A stretch of 64,000 nt of DNA, from contig DATIGF010000102.1 of assembly GCA_035454865.1 (NCBI GenBank), positions 16,513-80,512 on the forward strand, read 5' to 3'. A program made the position numbers and the translations under genes. Position 1 is the stretch's first letter. Each line of letters opens with the position of its first letter. Positions 59,009 through 64,000 of this stretch are shown here, piece by piece. This DNA is from Nitrospiraceae bacterium. Its GTDB lineage: Bacteria; Nitrospirota; Nitrospiria; Nitrospirales; Nitrospiraceae. The notes under the pieces were generated by a model. The model was given only the letters and a program-made list of their open reading frames with translations. It ran no database searches and was not told the DNA's origin.

Positions 59009-59317
59009 TTACCTTTTCTTCTTCTTGGAGATGGGCGCAGACTTCTTGGGGGGACGAGACGGTGCGGGCTTGGCCGGAGCGAGTCGTTGCTGCACGTAGG
59101 CCGCGACCGACCCCACGGTGCTCAGCCCCGGGAGGTCTTGATCGGGGATTTGAATATTGAACGTTTCTTCGATTTTATAGAGCAATTCGATGACAGCCAT
59201 CGAGTCGAGTCCGAGGTCGTCTCGTAGATGATGGGTGTCCTTGATTGAGGCCGCATCGCGTTTCAGATAGTCGGCAAGGGCCTGAATGATCTTGGAGACA
59301 ATCGTGCGGTCCGTCAT
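59009..59317 (-). CDS. Acyl carrier protein with basic Pro/Lys C-terminal tail
   Basis: DDLGLDSM phosphopantetheine motif, IEETFNIQIPD; start ATG 59317 behind GAAGGA. Confidence 0.9.
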   Translation of the reverse strand: MTDRTIVSKIIQALADYLKRDAASIKDTHHLRDDLGLDSMAVIELLYKIEETFNIQIPDQDLPGLSTVGSVAAYVQQRLAPAKPAPSRPPKKSAPISKKKKR

Positions 59318-59360
59318 TGTGGATGGTCCTTCGTGGAAATGAATGTCGTTGGAATGTCGC

Positions 59361-60617
59361 TCACGCCAGAAACTTCTTAAGCACGACCGCCGCATTGTTG
59401 CTTCCAAATCCAAAAGCGTTCAAGAGGGCGGCGCGAATCTTTCGTTCCTGGACGGAGCGACTGATACCGTCCAGGCGGCAGGCCGGGTCAGGATCGTCGT
59501 AGTTGGCTGTAGGATGGATCTGCCCGGTGTGAATCGCGAGAGACGAGGCCACAGCGCCGATGGCTCCCGCCGCGCCTAAGGTATGGCCCACGAGTGACTT
59601 GGTCGCATTGACGGCAATCTTATCCGCGCGGGTCTTGAAAAGGTGTCTGATCGCTTTCGCCTCCACGGCATCGCCGATCGTGGTGGAGGTGGCATGGGCA
59701 TTGATGTAGTCCACCTGTGCCGGAGAGACGTCCGCCGCCTTCAGGGCAAGTTTCATAGTGATGGCGACTTCCTCGCCGTCCTCCCTGGGAATCACCATAT
59801 GATAGGCTTCACTCGTCGCTGCGTATCCGGCGATCTCGGCATAAATTCTGGCTTTTCGCTTCTTCGCGTGTGCCAACGATTCCACAATCAAGGCGCCGGC
59901 ACCTTCACCCATAACAAATCCGTCACGGCCCCGGTCGAAGGGACGGGAGGCCCGCTCCGGGGTATCGTTGAACTTACTGGAGAGCGCTCTCAAAGAGCAG
60001 AATCCCGCAAAGACCAGCGGAGTTATGCTGGCGTCTGCGCCAACCGTGATCACCACATCAGCCTGACCGCTTCGAATACTCTGAAGCGCCTGACCCAGTG
60101 CATGGGCGCTGGAAGAGCAGGCGGTCGAAATCGTGAGATTCGGCCCTTTTGCTCCATACGCCATAGCCACAATGCCGGAGGCGGAATTGAGGGTGATGAC
60201 AGGAATAAAGTTGGGATGAACCCGGTGCGGTTTCAAGGTTTGATAGAGTTGTGTGATCTCCCGCTCTCCCATCACCATCCCGCCCATGCCGGCTCCGACG
60301 ATCACTCCGACACGATGGGCGTCTTCCTTCGCCATGTGAAGATCAGCATCGGCGAGGGCTTCCTTGCTTGCAACCAGGGCAAATTGAGCGTAACGGTCGA
60401 CGCGGTCTCCCTGGCCGGCCGGCAGATATTGTTCCGGTGAAAAATTGTGAATCTGCCCGGCGACTTTCGAGCGGTAGCCGTCCACGGGAAAGGGATCAAA
60501 CGACCGGATGGCTGTGACGCCCGAGCGACCGGCCAGGGCGGCTTTCCAGAATTCGCTGACGCCGATCCCGATGGGAGACACCACCCCGAGACCGGTAATG
60601 ACCACTCGTGAGGACAC
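59361..60617 (-). CDS. fabF: Beta-ketoacyl-ACP synthase II family
   Basis: RVVITGLG, TACSS, INAHAT, GHTLGAAG, NAFGFG; Cys-His-His triad intact. Confidence 0.9.
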   Translation of the reverse strand: MSSRVVITGLGVVSPIGIGVSEFWKAALAGRSGVTAIRSFDPFPVDGYRSKVAGQIHNFSPEQYLPAGQGDRVDRYAQFALVASKEALADADLHMAKEDAHRVGVIVGAGMGGMVMGEREITQLYQTLKPHRVHPNFIPVITLNSASGIVAMAYGAKGPNLTISTACSSSAHALGQALQSIRSGQADVVITVGADASITPLVFAGFCSLRALSSKFNDTPERASRPFDRGRDGFVMGEGAGALIVESLAHAKKRKARIYAEIAGYAATSEAYHMVIPREDGEEVAITMKLALKAADVSPAQVDYINAHATSTTIGDAVEAKAIRHLFKTRADKIAVNATKSLVGHTLGAAGAIGAVASSLAIHTGQIHPTANYDDPDPACRLDGISRSVQERKIRAALLNAFGFGSNNAAVVLKKFLA

Positions 60618-60699
60618 GGCACACTCTCCTTCATGCAAGCAGGGAACGTACTGTACTTACCGGAAGGCCTGAAATCAGTCAACTACGGATCAGGTCGTT

Positions 60700-61791
60700 T
60701 CAATAGCGAACTTTGAGCAGGAGATAGAGCCCGAAGCTGAGAAACAGCAGATTAGCCATCCAGCCGGCCAGCATGGGAGCCAGCACACCTCCGCGACCAA
60801 GCGCTATGGCGATGGAGTGGGTCGTCCAGTAACAGAATCCGACGACGAATGCCTGTCCGATGCCGATGGCCATGCTCCCTCCGCGGACACCGCTTCGTTG
60901 CAGGCTCAGCGCGATCCCGACCAGCACCATGATGATGGTGACCATGGGAAAGGCGAGACGACCGTAGTAATCCGTGAGCAGTCGGGTGAACGCAAATCCT
61001 TCATGCCGGAATCGCCCCACATAGTTGCGGATTTCCCGAAACGTCATGGTTTCGGTGTCGCCTGTGAGCGACGTGGAGAAGTCCTCCGGGATCAGGGGAA
61101 TGTCCACCCGTTGTTCGGTGAAGAGAAGCAGGTCCACGGTATTGTCCGGTTGAAATCGACGTTGATTCCCGTTTAACAGTGTCCAGCCTTCGGGGGTATA
61201 GCGGGCTTCGGCGGCTTCGGTCATTCGATCGAGTCGGAACAAGTGATTGAAATGAAAGAGGCGTATGCCCCGGAGCGTCTCTCCCCCGATGTCAATCTCG
61301 TGGACCTGCATGAGCACGTCGGCGCTGATGCGGGCCCAGGGCTGGGCGGCTTTGACGGTCAGGGGAGCCGGCTTCTTCTCGATCTGGATCAGGCGGATCT
61401 CCTCCGCCTTTTCCGAAGCCAATGGAATGATGGTTGAGCTGAAGGCGAGGAGGACCAAGGCGACACCGGTGGCGAAGAAGAGAAACGGCGAAGTGATCCA
61501 CAGGAGGCTGATCCCGCAACTGCGCATGGCGGTGATCTCATTGCTCCGGGACAGCAAACCGAGAGTCAGCAACGTCGCCATCAGGATGGCCAGGGGAGCG
61601 ATTTGAAATGAAATGTTGGGAAGTTTCAGCGCGAAGTACGCGAGGATGGAAACAAAGCTGGCATCGTAACGGAGAAACCGGCGCACTTTTTCGAAGAAGT
61701 CGATGACCAGATAGATGGTCATCAGGCCGGCGAAACACATCATGAATATCTTGGCGTATTCGCGCAGGATGTAGCGAAAGAGAATCGTCAT
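60700..61791 (-). CDS. lptG: LPS export ABC transporter permease LptG
   Basis: NEITAMRSCGIS YjgP/Q motif, 3+3 TM layout; follows lptF. Confidence 0.9.
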   Translation of the reverse strand: MTILFRYILREYAKIFMMCFAGLMTIYLVIDFFEKVRRFLRYDASFVSILAYFALKLPNISFQIAPLAILMATLLTLGLLSRSNEITAMRSCGISLLWITSPFLFFATGVALVLLAFSSTIIPLASEKAEEIRLIQIEKKPAPLTVKAAQPWARISADVLMQVHEIDIGGETLRGIRLFHFNHLFRLDRMTEAAEARYTPEGWTLLNGNQRRFQPDNTVDLLLFTEQRVDIPLIPEDFSTSLTGDTETMTFREIRNYVGRFRHEGFAFTRLLTDYYGRLAFPMVTIIMVLVGIALSLQRSGVRGGSMAIGIGQAFVVGFCYWTTHSIAIALGRGGVLAPMLAGWMANLLFLSFGLYLLLKVRY

Positions 61792-61796
61792 CGCGG

Positions 61797-62888
61797 TTAC
61801 TGGCGGCTCATTTTGAGAAACGAAAAGACGGTGATGAGGGTAAAGATGCCGTTCGGCAGCCACGCGCCTGCGAAAGGCGGCAGAACGAGCGTCGTCACCA
61901 GAAAATCACAGGCGACATTCAAGACGTAGTACGCCACAACGACCAGCACGCCGACGGCAAATCCTCCGATGCGCCCGGACCGTTTCGACACGATACCGAC
62001 CGGGACGCCGAGGAGGCAAAAGACCAGCGAGGCGGTCGGGAAAGCCAGGTTCTTGTAGTATTCCGTCAGCCGCCGGAGGGCCAGCGGATCCTTGCCGTCC
62101 GACTGCGCGAGTTGCGCCATGATCTGCTCGTAAGACGGGCGTTCTTCGGTGGCGGCATAGCCGCTTTGATTCAGGTTCAACTTGAGGTCGTAGCTGGTAA
62201 AGGAAATTTGCTGATACTGGTCGATCTGATCCGGCCGGCTGTGAATGACCCCGTTCACCAGGCGCATGGCGACCTGGTCGTTCTCCGCATCCATGAGCAC
62301 TTGATACCGTTCCGCCACGATGACTCGCGGCTCATCGGCGGTGCGTTCGTCAGAAACGAAAATGCCTCCCGCGGGCCGGTCATCCCCGTTGTCCGGCACA
62401 TAGATCACCATGCGCGGTATCGGCTCGTTAAATGTTCCTCGCTCCAGCGCCAGGACCAGCTGATCTTTCAGGAGATTGAGCGCAACTTTCTTGAGATTCA
62501 GGGAACTCCACGGCTGTCCCCACTGGGAAAGTACCAGCGTGAGCGTGAATACCGATATGGCAAAGAGCAGCACCGGTGGTGACAGCCGGTAAAGACTCAG
62601 CCCCGCAGCACGCATGGCCACGAGTTCCTTGTCGAACGACAATCGGCCGAAGGCAGTGATCGAAGCGATAATGCCCGCAATCGGAAGGGTCAGGACCAGA
62701 AACGACGGCAGGAGAATAGAAAAGACCTTGAGAACCGACCAGAGCCCCACTCCCTTGGACACGAGGAGTTCGACGAGCCGCAGAAGTTCCCGCGTCAGCA
62801 TGATGAAGCAGAGGGCTCCGAGGCTGAGGCCGAACGGAGAGAGCAGTTCGGTAAAAATGTAGCGATCAAGCAGAGTTCGTAGGATCAC
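61797..62888 (-). CDS. lptF: LPS export ABC transporter permease LptF
   Basis: LDRYIF.E, GRLSFDKELVAMRAAGLS, AWLPN. Confidence 0.9.
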   Translation of the reverse strand: MILRTLLDRYIFTELLSPFGLSLGALCFIMLTRELLRLVELLVSKGVGLWSVLKVFSILLPSFLVLTLPIAGIIASITAFGRLSFDKELVAMRAAGLSLYRLSPPVLLFAISVFTLTLVLSQWGQPWSSLNLKKVALNLLKDQLVLALERGTFNEPIPRMVIYVPDNGDDRPAGGIFVSDERTADEPRVIVAERYQVLMDAENDQVAMRLVNGVIHSRPDQIDQYQQISFTSYDLKLNLNQSGYAATEERPSYEQIMAQLAQSDGKDPLALRRLTEYYKNLAFPTASLVFCLLGVPVGIVSKRSGRIGGFAVGVLVVVAYYVLNVACDFLVTTLVLPPFAGAWLPNGIFTLITVFSFLKMSRQ

Positions 62889-63181
62889 GGGGCTCTTGGA
62901 TTGGAGATCTGAATGACACTATAGGGGAGTCCTTCCCCCTTGTAAACCGCGTGAAGGAATCCTGCCCGCCAAAGAATCGCTTGACAGGGCATCACCCCTA
63001 TGTTACATGCAGCGCGATTTTTATTTTCAAGATGGGTTCCGTGAGCGATGCAACACTCCTGCAGGTGCCCGTCGGTTACGCCCGCCATATTCGTGTCTCA
63101 TCTTCCATTCATTGTTCCGATATACGGCTTATTGGGCCGGCTACGTAACTGCGCGTGGTCGTTGAGGAAAGGAGGGGTTTC

Positions 63182-63400
63182 GTGAAGACAAAAGGGACGG
63201 TGAAGTGGTTTAACGATCGGAAAGGATTCGGGTTTATCCGGCTTGATAGTGGGGAAGACGTCTTCGTCCACTATTCGGCGCTGCAAGGGGAAGGGTTCAA
63301 AACCCTCAAGGAGGGTGAAAACGTCGAGTTTGATATCGTGCAAGGAGCGAAGGGACCTCAAGCGGCCAATGTTTTGAAGTCGGCCGTCGCCGCCTCCTAA
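63182..63400 (+). CDS. Cold-shock protein (CspA family)
   Basis: GTVKWFN..KGFGFI, DVFVHYS, GPQAANV; AAGGAGG RBS with GTG start. Confidence 0.95.
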   Translation: MKTKGTVKWFNDRKGFGFIRLDSGEDVFVHYSALQGEGFKTLKEGENVEFDIVQGAKGPQAANVLKSAVAAS

Positions 63401-63430
63401 CTCAGAATCACTTTTCGGCTCTCGTGCTTG

Positions 63431-63475
63431 CGGGCCTGTCTTCCAGCAATGGAGGGCAGGCCCGATTTGTTTTTC
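63431..63475 (+). terminator. Intrinsic terminator after the csp gene
   Basis: CGGGCCTGTCTTCC...GGAGGGCAGGCCCG followed by ATTTGTTTTT. Confidence 0.65.
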
Positions 63476-63563
63476 GGTAAGCGGTTGTCTGATTCCGCCA
63501 TTTTCTAGACAAAAACTATTGATACTGTTAGCGTTTGCGTATTCTTGTTGTGCGAGGTATGTC

Positions 63564-64000
63564 TTGGCCGCGGACCGCAGCAAAGTGTTTCAGCAAGCTC
63601 AGCTTTTCGCATCGCGCGGGCAGTATGATGCCGCCATTGCCGAATGGAAAAAGCTGGCAATGGAAGCTCCGGGCGACGGCAGCATCCACAATTCCATCGG
63701 CGATCTCCATCTGAAGCGAAACGTTCCGGCGGACGCCATTACCGCATTCCTACAGGCTGCAGCGGCGTTCCGCGCCGAAGGCGCGACCCTCAAAGCGATC
63801 GCGGCCTACAAGAAAGTCCTCAAGATAGATCCGACCCGCTATGAGGTCTACCGCCATCTGGGCGACCTCAATGCAGAGCGCGGGTTGTTGAGCAGTGCCG
63901 TTCAGGATTACCTGACGCTCGGGAAGTATTACCTCAAAGAGCGAAAGGGAAAAGAAGCGCTTGAGATCTACAAGAAGATCGTCACCCAGGACCCGTCCAA
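63564..64000 (+). CDS. Tetratricopeptide repeat protein (N-terminal part; runs off window edge)
   Basis: Manual translation from TTG 63564: AADRSKVFQQAQLFASRGQYDAAIAEWKKL...IHNSIGDLHLK, TPR pattern, frame open to the edge. Confidence 0.8.
   Translation, partial: MAADRSKVFQQAQLFASRGQYDAAIAEWKKLAMEAPGDGSIHNSIGDLHLKRNVPADAITAFLQAAAAFRAEGATLKAIAAYKKVLKIDPTRYEVYRHLGDLNAERGLLSSAVQDYLTLGKYYLKERKGKEALEIYKKIVTQDPS

Overview
GC-rich bacterial chromosomal segment, most likely from a Nitrospira-like (Nitrospirota) genome. This is an inference from gene order, protein style and one Nitrospira-type intergenic inverted-repeat element. Most of the window is core genome: alr-frr-pyrH-tsf-rpsB, argJ-argC, rpsI-rplM, tRNA-Leu(CAA), a hemX/ccsA-like gene followed by hemA-hemC-cobA/hemD-CBS-hemB-ribF-tilS-hpt-ftsH-folP-glmM-comEC, mtnA, ndk, gcvH-lpdA-comEA-tyrS, tRNA-Gly(CCC), rpmB, a cobalamin uptake/salvage locus with two B12 riboswitches, lptF-lptG-fabF-acp-lpxD and a cold-shock gene. 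The best candidate for an undescribed system is a ~12.9 kb chemosensory operon (43.9-56.8 kb) preceded by a sigma54-type promoter motif. It begins with a stand-alone exported c-type heme protein (DUF3365/Tll0287-like). It has a PilH/CheW/MCP/triple-Hpt CheA core and no CheR or CheB in the window. It ends with a REC-coiled-coil protein and a ~310-aa His-less pseudo-Hpt module that occurs twice, once free and once fused to a degenerate HD-GYP domain. Directly downstream is a cluster of DnaA-box-like motifs with a perfect IHF site. No CRISPR array, prophage, integrase or transposase was seen. All family assignments come from motif recognition by eye; no database searches were run, and several start codons are my own choice.
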